Assembly (NCBI RefSeq): GCF_009914755.1
Contig: NC_060932.1
Length of the DNA stretch: 64,000 nt
Reading direction: 5' to 3' (one strand)
Source: the human T2T-CHM13v2.0 reference genome, Homo sapiens
Part shown: in pieces, positions 42,781-56,851 of the stretch
Position numbering within the stretch: position 1 is the stretch's first letter
Layout: every line of letters begins with the position of its first letter
Notes under the pieces: model-generated
Database searches by the model: none
What the model saw: only the letters and a program-made list of their open reading frames with translations
Told to the model about the DNA's origin: nothing
Translations under genes and position numbers: made by a program

Positions 42781-45073
42781 CTACACAACGACTGCCTGTT
42801 AATGTTATCTCCCTACGATATTAAATTCATTTTCAGAATTTGGGAAGCTTTCCTGCCTTAAAGTGCACTATTTTGCAAAGAAGCTAACTCTATGTTTAAA
42901 CCAAGATGGTAGATCTTGTATAGACATGGCAAAAAGTTGGTTCGCAGGCATTTAATTCTTAAAATTTAGTCTATTATACTCCTATGTGGTGGTACTGATA
43001 TCTGTTTTCCAGTCTGACAATTTACTTTTGCACCAGTACAGAGCTGTTAAAGCTTTTGCTTCAGAAATAACTTCCAACAGTGAGCAGAAAGGATGCTATT
43101 CTCTTAATAATAATTCTGAGCCACCAATTCCCTTGGCCAGAGAAGCCAAGGGAAAGAGAATTTACTCTTTTATAGCAAGTGTAGAACAAGTTCAAAACCA
43201 ATTTTTCAGGTGTAAACTGTTAGTAAAGGGAGAAAATAAAAAGAATGTATTTGGGCAATGGCTTCAATTCTTTATTTTGTTCTCTTCTCTTTATTTTCTG
43301 TTTCTCCTCCTCCTCATCTTCCTCCCCTTTTCCTCTTCCTCTACCTTCTCCTTTTTTTCTTCTTTTGCCTCTCTGTGTCTCTCTCTCTGTTTTTCTGGTT
43401 TACAGACATTTAGAAGACTCCTGTTTTGATCCGTAAAAACATAAGTTTGCAACTGAGTAATTGCAGAGTAAAATTTTCCATCAGGAGACTGATTTACTAC
43501 AAATTACTTAGCATGAATTTTAAATAACTTTATACATATTGGGAAGAATAAAAATATATGCTGTTATTTTAGCTAGGCTAAATTAGAGGAGTCCGTCATC
43601 ACTATGAATCACATCATAAATTAAAATCAGAGGAATTTTTTCTAGTGGCATAGAATAGTCTCAACATAAACATGGGAAAATTATTATGTTGTGGTCAAAA
43701 TTATTTTTAAAAGATAATGTTTATTACCGGTGTCATAATTGGACCTAATAAACTCACCTGATTGTGCAGTTTATGCTATTCTCATTTTATGTGCTCTTAA
43801 TGAGAAAGCATCTGGCAAATGAATACCTGAGTGGCAGGAAGGTAATAGAATGGTCTAGTGGCTCTTCATATTGTTTAATGGGCTGTACTGAAACAACTTT
43901 TTCAGATCATGAAGCCTTTTGATTATTACCAAATAATTAGTGCTGCAAGGCACCATTAAGTTAAATTATCTTTTTCATTCACCTGCATTAAAGAGAATAT
44001 AAAGGGAAAACTCATACAGCTTGGCTTACCTTCTGTCATCAGTTCGTCGCTTCTCTACAACCAGGATGATTACACTACTATAGCCAAGCAATTTATACTC
44101 ATTTCTGAGTACCCCAGAATATGCTGTAACATCACATCTTTCCAAAACCATACATATAATGTTCTTATTTCCTTCCCATAGAGGTTTACTTGCCTATTTG
44201 ATCATTAGTGCGCTTGCACATTTCTTTAGCAGCATTCCTTGACTACAGTTTTACAGATGAAGAAACTTTTGGACTTAGGAAAAAGATTCCTAAAGTGCCT
44301 GTAAGATGTTATTTAGTAAGAGTCTATCAAACTGTACTCTAACAGCCTCAGACTTAATCAAGCCATAGTGAGTCTAGTCAACTGGAGCATGGCAAATTAG
44401 CCAAAATGGTTTACTGGTTACCATGATAACTGATTCTTCCAGGTAAGATCCAGAGTCTGTTTAACTAGAGTGTGTTTCAATAGAGCAAATAGCGAGTGAC
44501 TAATGACTGCCAGCTGGATGGTTCTGCTTACTGGTTGGTAGTCTTATTAAATTACTCCAAGAATGAAACAAGGATGAATCCAAGCCCTGAGCACTTGATA
44601 ATTCAGGAATAACCATATGGTTATACACATATAAATAGCTGTGCATGACTGGATGCAACTCCATTCATTCATGGATTCAACAAATATTTCTTGGATCCCT
44701 ATTATGTGCCAAGCAATGTTGTGAATCTAGGCATAATAGGAAACAGTGCAGAGAAAAACCTTTGCTTTCATGATGCTTTCTATCTAGTGATCTGTTTGAC
44801 ACCTGAAACAAATATATGTGTTAAAATAAAGTTATTCAATATTTAGATATGTTGTATCATCCTAATATATCAGTCTTTTATATCTAATAAACTTTAAGTT
44901 ACCTCAGTATATCAGTTAGCTTTAATTTTTCAGTTGGAGATATGGGACTTTAATTTTTAACCAAAATGTATGATACTGTTAAAACTTTTACTGTCTGTAA
45001 AGCAAATTGATGTATCATTTATTTACAGCCAGTGTCTAATGCCTGAGAGACCACACCTTTGTGAGGCGCATAA

Positions 45074-45427
<354 letters not shown>

Positions 45428-48400
45428 AAAGACTTCTAATACAAATGTCTGCTTTAGAGAGAATTTAAGAAATTTTCCATTGCCAAATGTATCATTATTT
45501 TGTGTAACTCTCTAAAAGCAAAAATGCCCAACATGGGACACCATAAGACTACACTCTTAGTGTAAGGATAGAAGTAAATGTAACTGCCATGTGGAAAACA
45601 GCAGGGAAACTTACATGTCTCAAATTTAGCACAAAGTAGGGAGAGGTTAAAAAAGATTTTGAACCACCAGCAGATTTGTATTCTGAATTCAAACCACCAA
45701 TGTGGTCCACAATCTCATGAAGAAATTTTCACTTAAAATGATCTCAGTCTATACCAACAATGATCAACAAACATTATTGATTTTAAAAAATGCAAATTGA
45801 TTTGAGATGTTAAAATGCTTTTTAAAAATACACCTTATATTTAATAAAATGTGATCAAAGTTTTGCTCCATAAAACTGCATTTACTATTTCCCATACTGA
45901 ATTATAAAAGGCTTAATTTTCAGATGAGGAAGACAAGTTCCTGTAAAACTTTTATCTGCAAACACCTTTCATCAAAAGATGCTTAAAATAACCCATAGCA
46001 TTTTGGAATTAAACATCAAACATAAAGGTACTTTATGAATTAGTTACTTCTCTGCAGTGCAACCCTATCTTTTTCTCTTAAATGACTTAGTTGCTGACTT
46101 GGTTGATTTTTCTCTCGAGTCTACTTTAGGTTCAAGGTGTCTTCAAAGTCAACAGGCATTTCCTCATTTTCTGTCACAATCAACTTAGCGGTCCCTAGTT
46201 CATCGTGATATACTCAGGGAATAAACATTGAAATTAATTTAATCCAAGTGTTTGAAACTCAAATTCAAATGTTAAAACTCAAATTCAACATTTTTGTCTG
46301 AGGGAACTTCCGAATTTTTAAACTCAATATATCCCGCTTTTTCTTCCTGGGAACAATGCTTTATGTTATAAGTAGTCAGATTGTGCTAGATTATTTTTAC
46401 TGAAACAAACTGTAATGACCTCACTATTATTTTGAAACATGTATGTTAAAGGTTGTTTTTCTCCTAAAGGCAGCATCTTTTCTGCCAGGGCCTAACTGTA
46501 GCAGACACATTTCTTTGGAACAATTTCAATACATCTAAGAATTCTACATCAAGAGGAAATCACTGGAAAATTACCTTGTGAATTTCTTTGGCACTGAAGC
46601 AGTTATTTTTTAATTATTGCACAGAACCTTAATACTCAAAGCAATTACATGACTTTCTATACCTTAGAACCTAATGTAAGTTAATCTGGTATTTTGAAAT
46701 TGTAAAAACCTAATTTTAAAGTCAAAGATGAGTGCCCAATGTAGGAAAAAAATGCTTATATAAAATTAGAAATAGTTCTTAGCTTATTTTTAAAGTTAAA
46801 TTTAATAAAGCATTTATAATTAAGCTTGTAAGGATCTTAAAATGGTTTTTATCCTTAATATTTGAGTTAGGAGACATTCAGTCTTGTCTTAAGTCATATA
46901 CTAGCTATCCAACTTAGAGAATGTCTCAAATAATCTTTTGCATTTGTCTGAACAGTAGATTAAGGAAAAGGTTCTTTGAGATTTTCTTTAATTCCTGTTT
47001 TTGTTGTTGCTATTGTTTTGCTTTTAAAAATCAAGTCATCTTAGTATAATTCAGTTTTTTCTTTTTCTGATTTTCCTCCATGGGCATGTACATCTCCATG
47101 TTGTGATGGAGAGTATGATTGTCAGTTGTTCCACTGTTAATTGCTCACTCAGAGGGCCATTGATAATTGAATATTGTTTCTTTCGTCCTTTTATGTAAAA
47201 GATTTCTTTCCTTTAGCATAATGGAATTAGTTCCTGAGTACAGTATTTAAATTCATGACTTTACCCTTCTTTTTATGTCATTTCACTGACATTTGAGAGT
47301 TGATCTCATTGCATATAGCTAAGGACAAATCGAGATAAGTGTACAGTCTTCGCTTACAGTTTAAGAGCTTGGCCTATTTGGGAAGGATTCAGAAAGGAGG
47401 CATAAATGTTATTAAAATTACTAAAACCTGTGATTAAAAGACAACACTGTTAGGGTGTTTTAAGGGTAGTCAACAAGTACGTGCACTACGGTGCTATTCT
47501 ACTTGGGGTTCATTATCTACTGTCATTCAGTGGTATTAAATAGGAAAGTTCTTTAGCCAAAAAAAAAAAAAAAAAAAGTGTGTCTGAGCTTTTCTCTATC
47601 TTCTCTCACAATAATCCTCCTACATCTTGAACTCACTAAGTCAAAAACTATATCTGAAACATGGTGTGTGGGAATTTGAGTGAAAAGATTATAAACAGAA
47701 TCAATTGCAGTAAATTATACATACTGCCTTAGAGTATAATTCTGCTGTGGGCTAGGACACTTCTAATTTCTAAGCCTTGTGATTGTAGTTATTTGCACTA
47801 ATTGATCTTATTCTGAACTGCCAGTTTCATTGGGAGATGACAATAATATTAGTCCTGAAAGAGTAAAGCCTTTTCTCATTTGCGCCTTGGGAAAACACTG
47901 ATTTGGTTTCTATTGGAAACTGCTGTCCATGTGGCAAACTCCACCAAAATCAGTAAGTGACTTTTTGCCTTTGAATGTATTCCTTCTTAAAGTCTTTGAC
48001 CATCTAATGTTCTTGGATATGTAATCAGTCATCTTGAATTACGTTTGTTCTCTGTCTTTCTTTTTATTTATCTCTCTGCTTTTAAGGACACAATATCTTT
48101 TCTACGTATGCTTCTAACCTAAAGTTTTTTATCCACAATACCTTTCTCTAATATTCTACTTAGAATTCAACAATATAACTCTCCCATAAAATAAGCATTT
48201 AACTTTATGTTATACAAATTTTAAAAACTAGTTAAAATCTGGATTTATTGGCAAGATGGTAGTGTCAGCAAAGGAATGTACTATGAAATAGAAAACAATA
48301 TATAAATAGGTAAAATACTGATTAGTAATTAAAAAGAGAATGAGTATCAGGTACATCTTAGAGCTCTAAAGTATTTCTGCTAAATGTATTCTTGATGAGT

Positions 48401-49419
48401 CTCTCCTGAAAAGCAGAATTGAAGAGTATCATATAATTATCATCCTGAGAGAAACGGAATTTCGTTTGGTTGGTTGGTTTTGGTTTTTTCCTGAAGCAAA
48501 GAGGACAGATGCCCTGGTGGAATCCCACAGACAGCTGCTTAATGTGAGAGGAAAAAATTGCGTTTTCTAAGAAATAGAAGCCCACTGGGTGTTGAACGGC
48601 TAGTCAAGAGTGTTCATTTCACTACTCCAGTCCTCTTTGGACAAGAACACTGAGGCAGATGGATGAAGTGTGAATGGCTTCATGATGGACACATTCAACA
48701 TAGCCATGACCCTCTCCCTAAGGGTACCATCTCTGCTTATGCAGAGACATGATTCCTGATCATGGGTCTACCAGTGATTAGATGTCTGTTTCCCTCTTCA
48801 CTCTGTCAAATTAGCATGAGTTATACATTACTAGATATTCTTTGTTTTTTACCCTTAAATTTAGATCTGATGCCCCCCTCTAATAAACATTTGGGGCTTT
48901 AGTAATAATCATCTTGGTTTTAACTCATTCAATTCTTGCCAGACTATAAAACCTTTCTAGGCCAGGCTAGAGACTTCTAGAAAGGAATACAGAAGCAGAG
49001 AAAAATCACAACAGATATGAAAACATTCTTTATATTAGAAGTGATGCTTTCAGGAGATTCAAGGGATTCCTCTCTGTCTTGAATATATAAATTAAGAAAT
49101 ATTTACCAAATATCTTTCTGTTTTAGAAATATATTAAAATATTTTCCATGAGACTCTAATAAAAAGGAATAATCTGAGTTAAGAGTGCAGACAGATTAAA
49201 AAAAAAAACCCAGGTGCTGACTTAAAAATAATGAGGGAGGCAGATGAAGAGAAGATTTGACCCTGAAGAGAATTAATGAAGGTAAAGGCATGCCACACAA
49301 ATTCTCTCAGAACGCAGAGGGGAAAGTCAGAATAAAAACGAGAAGGCTGGTAATAAAATTCCCTGGAGATAATGAGCTTCTCAAGCGATAATGAAGCAAT
49401 TTGAACCACCAAAGCATGA

Positions 49420-50905
49420 TTTATGAAAGAAATCATTGATAAGCTGGATTTCATTAAAATTAAACTTCTTCTCTGTGAAAGACACTGTCTAGAGAATGAG
49501 AAGACAAGTCACTGACTAGGAAAAATATTTGCAAAAGACACATCTGATAAAGGACTGTTATCCAAAATATACAAAGAACTCTTTAATTTCAACAATAAGA
49601 AATCAAATCCATTAAAAATGGGCCGAAGATCTGAATGGACACATCACCGAAGATATACAGATGGCAAATAAACGTATGAAAATAGGTTCTATATCACATG
49701 TCATCATGAAAAATGCAAATTAAGACAAAAGATGCCACTGCAAAGCCATTAGAATGGCCAAAATCCAAATCACTAACACTAAATGCTGGAGAGTATGGAA
49801 CAACAGAAGTTCTTTCATTGCTGGTGGGAATACAAAAATGGTGCAGGTAATTTGGAGAACTGTTTGGCAGTTTCTTTTAAAATTAAACATATTCTTACCA
49901 TGTGATTCAACAGTTGTGCTCCTTGGTATTTACCCAAATGAATTGAAAACTTACGTCCATAGAAAAACCTGCACACAGATGTTTATAGCAACTGTATTCA
50001 CAATTTCCAATACTTGGAAGAACCAAGATGTCCTTCAGTGGATGAATGGATAAACTGTGGTACATCCAGATAATGGAATATTTCACAGTGTTAAAAATAA
50101 ATGAGCTATGAAGCCATGAAAAGACAGGGAAGAAACATAAGTGTATGTTACTAAGTGAAAGAAGCCAGTCTGAAAAGACTCTACACTATATGATTCCAAC
50201 TATATGACATTCTAGAAAAGGAAAAATTATGAAGACAGTAAAGAGATCAGTGGAGGCTGGGTGAGGTGGCTTACGCCTGTAATCCCAGTACTTTGGAAGG
50301 CTAAGGAAGGAAGATCGCTTGAGCCCAGCAGTTCAAGACCAGCCTGGGAAACATAGGAAAACCTCGTCCCTACAAAAAAAATTAACAAAAAAAAAAAGCT
50401 AAAAATTAGCCTAGGCATGGTAGTGCGTGCCTGTAGTCCCAGTTACTTGGGAATCTGAGGTGAAAAGATTGCTTGAGCCCAGGAGGCAGAGGTTGCACCA
50501 CTACACTCCAGCCTGGGCAACAGAGAAAGACCCTGTCTCAAAAAAAAAAAAAAAAAGCATTGGTTGCCAAGGGTTCAAGGAGGGAAAGATGAATAGGTGG
50601 AACAAAGAGGTTTTTAGGGCAATACAACTAACGTTCATGATATAATAGTGGATGCCTTCCTTATACATTGTCATTAAGTCCATTAAAAATGTGGGTTAGT
50701 AATGTAACCCTAATATAAATTATGGGCTTTGGTTGATAATGACATGTCAATGTAGGCTCATGGATTATAACATATGTACCATTCTGATGTGTGATGTTGA
50801 TAGTAGAGAAGTTTGAGTATGTGTCGGGACAGGAGGTATATGGGAATTCTTGTACTTTCTGCCCAATTTTTCTATAAACCATGAAGAATAAAGTGTATTT
50901 TAAAA
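49420..50905 (+). mobile_element. L1MC-type 3' end split by an AluJ
   Basis: ORF2 C-terminal remnant (LLGIYPNELKTYVH..TCTQMFIA); AACCCTAATATAAATTATGGGCTTTGGTTGATAATGA 3'UTR. Confidence 0.85.
50255..50556 (+). mobile_element. AluJ with right-arm deletion
   Basis: GATCGCTTGAGCCCAG; poly-A tail. Confidence 0.9.
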
Positions 50906-50913
50906 GTAGTACA

Positions 50914-51722
50914 CAGCAGGTCCCCAAATAAATTCCTTCCATTCAAAGTCCTTTCATTAAAACAGATGAGAAAAACAATCCCTTCCTGCCAAAGCCACTG
51001 TCTCAGTGGAGTTGGCATTTTCTCCCACTGTCTAGGTGGATTTTCTCCAGTTCCTCTGGTTTTCTGTCATGTCCCAAAGATTCAGGAAATTGCTGTGTCT
51101 ACATGGTCCCAGTGAGTGTGGGTGTGAGTGGCTCTGTGATAGGACGGTGGCCTGGCCAGGGCTGGTTCCTGCCTTGTGCCCTGAGCTGAGGGGACAGGCT
51201 GCAGCCACCCTCAACCCTGCAATAAGTGAGTGGGAAAATGAATGAATGAATGAATGAATGAATAAAAATTATGGTCAAAATTTCATCAAGTAGATGATAA
51301 TCATAAAAATGCAAGACAATAAAGGATGCAGTAAAAAAGTGCTCTGCAAACTCCCTTCTTTGTAATTACCTGTTTACTAACTGTGTGGTCAGAGGAGGTG
51401 CAAACATTTCTTCTTTGATTTAATTCCCCAGCACTACAACCTCTGCTCATTGATTCACCAAAACTTGGTAAATCATCGTCTTACTTCCTTTGATTTATCT
51501 TTCTTAAATGTCTGTATAGCTCATGTTTATTTCAGCGTTTAGTAGTGGAAGTGATTTCATCTTAAGAAATTCGGTGATGTTCTTGTGACCAGAAATATGC
51601 CTTAGAAACTTCACTCTTGTTAATATAAATTATTTTTTGTAAAATTGGTTTTGTTATACATCTTTTCACTTAGAGCTGCAGTCTCCAAGGACCTATTGAG
51701 GATGTTAAGTGAAGATTTATTC
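50914..51722 (+). mobile_element. MER6 (TcMar-Tigger non-autonomous element)
   Basis: CAGCAGGTCC start; GTGGAGTTGGCATTTTCTCCC...GTGGATTTTCTCC core; (GAAT)n; GATGTTAAGTGAAGATTTATTC end. Confidence 0.8.
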
Positions 51723-51880
51723 TATTAATTGTTCTTGGAAGAAGTAAATATCTTAATACTAATAAAACTTTTTCTTCATCTCTAAAATGAGATTTCTTAA
51801 ATTAACTTAAATTTTTAGGAAGAGAATGAACATTCACATGAAAGACTTTATGAATCATAGTGTTATAAATTTACTTATAA

Positions 51881-52201
<321 letters not shown>

Positions 52202-53189
52202 CCCAGTTCTAATGATTTAACATCATAGTTGAATAACATAATTGATGAATTTCAGTGCTTCACCTGATTATGTGCACAAGAAAAAAAATGATTAAAATAG
52301 GCTAAACTGTGTAACATAACCAAAATATTTCTAATTTTTCAAAAATATATGTGACATAAATAATCCTTAGCTTTGAGAAAACTTTTTAGGTATATTTTGT
52401 AATGGGAATATCTGACAGGAATTTTCCAACCTGGAATTGACCTGTTTCAAATATATAGAGAAAGTAAAATACAAGTCTTAACTTAATGCCTAAAACTTAA
52501 TAAATTTCCCTTTCTATGGTGAGCTTCCAAAATGTCTGTCTCAAATAATTTCTGTAATTTAAAAGCCTGAGAGATTCTGGCAGACTTTCAGACTAGACAG
52601 TGGACCACAGAAATGAACATAAAAGAAATTTCTGAAACTTTTCTATCTAGAAAGTTAAAGTAAAATTTCTATATTATAATTAGATAATTTATGCCATTGC
52701 TATAAGTAAATCATTTTGCAGGTGACTTTTGAAGGTCTGAGTTTTATCTCTGGCCGTTTCTTCCATTAGAGGGAAAATTATGTTCAAAGCAGTTTAAAAA
52801 CCTCTCTGGTCACCTCAATTTCTTCTGTAAGTATTCACCAAATCCAAGCTTTTAGTTCAGAGTGGGACATCAAAGTGGGTAAGTTTTTCTTCTGAAACAC
52901 AGCTCATTTCACTATGTTGAGGATGGTATTAGGGCCATTATAAGAACATAGTTTGCCCAAGACTCCCCAGTCTTGCACTAGAAACCAGGTTAATTATAAA
53001 TGTTTTATTTCATATGGTGCCGATAATTTACATTTTACTTGTGACAAGATCAAATCCATTATGGTGTAGAAATATTTTCAAATATTTTATGCCATTAAAT
53101 GGCAAATGCTTTGTGGACATAAAGAGAATGACTATGTTTATGGTGGAATATACTGACTGATCATCTCCACAGCTCCACATACAGAAGTT

Positions 53190-53330
53190 GATAATATCTT
53201 GGTCATTTTACAGCTAAGTAAATAGACTCTCAGTGAGGTTATGCACCCTGCCTAAAGTTTTCTAACCAGCAAATTATAGAAGTAGGATTCAAAGCCTAAC
53301 CCAGAATCCTTAACAATATATGCTGCCTTC
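53190..53330 (-). mobile_element. MIR fragment
   Basis: CATTTTACAG...GACTCTCAGTGAGGTTA...GGATTCAAA. Confidence 0.6.
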
Positions 53331-53780
53331 ATGAAGTTGGATGGAAAATATCTCAACTTGGGCCTGTGTTTCTCATTCTTTTTAGTTTCCCCAAATAAGT
53401 GCTAATATAGTATGTGCTCAGCAAAAGAATATTAACTTATTTCTGACTTAGCACCCATTTTCACCATGGTGAGTTGTCAATATTATATTTGGAAGATGTG
53501 GTATTTGCAAGCTTTCTAGCATAACTGGTAAATAATTAAAGTATTATATGATTATTATAAGGGGTACAACCTTGTGTGTTTACAACACTGCAACAAAAAA
53601 ATTTCAATTCTTCTGAAAGGAAATGTTTCATCCCATACCCTGTCCTTGCTAGTAGAATACATGTCACTTTCCTATGAAATACTATAGAAAAAACTTGGCT
53701 TTATCTGAATTTGCTCTTCAACTTGAAGTCTTGTTCCATTGTCACTCAAAGCATTGGTTTGCAGTTACATGTTCATAAAG

Positions 53781-54792
53781 TATTGGGGGAACCCACCCCC
53801 ACTATTTCAACGTAGGTTCTATTTTCCATAAGTGTCGGCTGGCTGAGAAATGAAGAGAAAGAGTACAAAGAGAGGAATTTTACAGCTGGGACTCCGGGGG
53901 TGACATCATATATCGGCAGGACCGTGCTACCCACCTGAGCCGCAAAACCAGCAAGTTTTATTAAGGACTTCAAAATGGGAGGGGGTGCAAGTACAGGGAG
54001 TAGGTCACAAGATCACATGCTTCAAAGGGCAAAAAGCAGAACAAAGATCACATGCTTCTGAGGAAACAGGACAAGGCAAAACAGAACTACTGATAAGGGT
54101 CTGTGTTCAGCTGTGCACATATTGTCTTGATAAACATCTTAAACAACAGAAAACAGGGTTTGAGAGCAGAGAACCAATCTGATGTCAAATTTACCAGGGC
54201 GAGGTTTTTCTCCAACCTAGTAAGCCTGAGGGTACTGCAGGAGACCAGGGCGTATTTTGGTCCTTATCTCAACCACTTAAGACCAGCACTCCCACAGCAA
54301 CTGTTTATAGACCTCCCGCCAGGAATGCATTCTTCCCCACGGTATTAATTATTAATACTCCTTGCTAGGAAAAGAATTTATCAATATCTTCCCTACTTAC
54401 ACGTCCATTTATAGGCTGTCTGCACGAAGAAAAATATGGCTCTGTTTTGCCCGACCTCGCAGGCAGTCAGACCTTATGGTTGTCTTCCCTTGTTCCCTGA
54501 AAATCGCTGTTATTCTGTTCTTTTTCAAGGTGAACTGATTTCATATTGTTCAAACACACATGTTTTACAATCAATTTGTACAGTTAACACAATTATCACA
54601 GTGGTCCTGAGGTGATGTACATCCTCAGCTTACAAAGATAACAGGATTAAGAGATTAAATTAAGACAGGTGTAAGAAATTATAAGAGTATTATTTGGAAA
54701 CTGGTGAATGTCCATGAAATCTTCACAATTTATGTTCCTCTGCTGCAGCTCCAGTTGGTCCCTCCGTTCAGAGTCCCTGACTTCCTGCAACA
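53781..54792 (-). mobile_element. MER11 (MER11A-like, HML-8) solo LTR
   Basis: Reverse complement starts TGTTGCAGGAAGTCAGGGAC; perfect 6-bp TSD ATAAAG, the length expected for ERVK. Confidence 0.92.
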
Positions 54793-55379
54793 ATAAAGTA
54801 GATTGCTGACACAGTAATTAAATCTCACTAGGTGTAGCAAATGGAATGGGTATAAGAAAAGCCACATGCATCCTGGAATTTACATTATTGAGAAAATTCA
54901 GTAAAGACAATGCATCATTTTACAGTTGGGGGATTTGGATCACACTTTTTAACAAGTTAATACGTATATTTGTTTTCTCTTAAAAAAACTTAAATTTGAA
55001 TGTCCAAAGAAATAAAAGAATACATTACAAAAATAAGTGAAATAGCCAGGAAATATTGAAAGTTTAGAAGTTGGTGTTTATTTCACAGTCCCACTTCTCA
55101 CATTGCTCCTTCATATCCACACACAACCCATCCCAACCCTGACCGTCTGTACTAGCCTCCTAACAACCAGCATTATCATAGTATTTAAATTACTTGGCTA
55201 ATTAAAGCAATTTCTTATTTATATTGAAGTCATGTCCCTTCTGTGACACTTGCAGATGAAAAGATTCATTTCCTTTTTTTTGATATTACCTTTCCAAATG
55301 TTTTGACGATGGCCAATTGCTATAATTCAACTACAATATTTATAGGCGCCCCCTTTATACACAGTTTGCTGCTACATGA

Positions 55380-55620
55380 TAATAACAGCTAATATTATTG
55401 AGCAGTTATTATGCTCTCAGGCACCATGCTACACCTAAAGTCTTAAACTATCCTATTTAGTCGTCAACATTCCAAAGAGGTATATATGGTTATTAAATCC
55501 ATTTTTTTTGATGATCCTAGAGACATAGAGAAACTTGCCTGAAGTTATAGAAGTGGCAAAGGACAGAGATAACACCAGAGCCCAAATTAGCCTGTCTCAG
55601 GAATAGTGTTAATTTTCTAC
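55380..55620 (-). mobile_element. MIR fragment
   Basis: AATAACAGCTAATATTATTGAGC...CAGGCACCATGCTA; AACTTGCCTGAAGTTATA. Confidence 0.65.
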
Positions 55621-56851
55621 ACTGCATCCCTATCCCCTTTGTGTGATGCTTATACAGTTAGGGCAGTATTAGAGATCTTTTTAAGTAGTCTCATTTTTAG
55701 ATCCAGCTAATTATTACCAGTATTATTCTTCCCATCTTTCAGTTTTCTGTTTATCTCTCAGTCTCTTAGCCAAATTTCCAAAGAGATTTTTAAATTCCCC
55801 TAGATAAACATTGAGATCAGAAATTGTTTAACCCTGTACAGATGCTGTCACTTCTATAGAGTTGAAAGAAAAAGTATAAATAAATCAACTGGAAAACTGG
55901 AGCTCTAGAATAGTTTGGGATATATGCCATTACAGTAGCTGTTTTTTACATAATCATTTTGGTTTTACATGAAGATTATTGGCTTAAGTGTGTTGTTGTC
56001 TTAGTTTAAATTGTACACATTAACATAAATACAGAGTAAAGGGAAGGAACTAGTTTGCATTTTATAAAAGTACTTGGCATTAATAGGATGTAGGCACTCT
56101 GAAAGTCTAGATGATATAGTTGCACTAATTCTCTTCCTCTGATAGATTTAAGTGATTCCAGAATATATTTCTTTCAAATTAGATTGTTCCAACAAGAATA
56201 ACTCAGTATGATGTACATTTAGAGCTCAATAGAACAGGACTTCTGGAATTTTAACAACATAATGAGGGTCTTCTTTTTGGCTTTCTGTACATCAAGCTTT
56301 GAAAGATATCTTTAAAATTATTCCTTGTTTGCTCCTACTTAGAAATTTCATTCTGAATAACGTGAACTTTTTTAACCAATAAAGTGCAGCCTGTACCCAA
56401 ACAATAACTAATTGTGTAATATTTTCAAATAGGTTTTATGCTGTTATGTAAGAGAAGAATCCATTTAAAGAATTTTTAAAACCAAGTAATGTCTAATCCA
56501 ATGTGAACCCTGAGTAGGATGAAAAAATAGCTACACGAATTCATCATAAATACATTTAATCACCCAGTATGTATGTCTTTTTTCTTAATGTGTTCTATTC
56601 CTCTGCGTTCTATTATACTTTATCCTTTTTGTATAGTTCAGAGGTTTAAAGGATGTGCTGACTTTAACATACTTTTGGTCTTTTTATTTATCAACTAATG
56701 TAATTTTTTCTAAGAACATAGTAGCTACATTACCAAAGTCAGTAAATTCTCAGATATTAAGGTTTAAGAGAGGGCTCACTTATATTTCTTAAACGTGATT
56801 TACAAAGGAATTTATTCTACATCGTGCTCAAGAATTAGAATATTTCAATTC

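Noticed and set aside
42986-43429. 147-aa non-repeat ORF
   Set aside because: GTG start, C-terminal third from a CT-rich low-complexity tract, and no recognisable homology.
46121-46215. Minus-strand peptide YHDELGTAKLIVTENEEMPVDFEDTLNLK* as a terminal exon
   Set aside because: An in-frame stop lies just upstream, the only acceptor is a weak GAG, and I do not recognise the peptide. A tblastn/PhyloCSF check would settle it.
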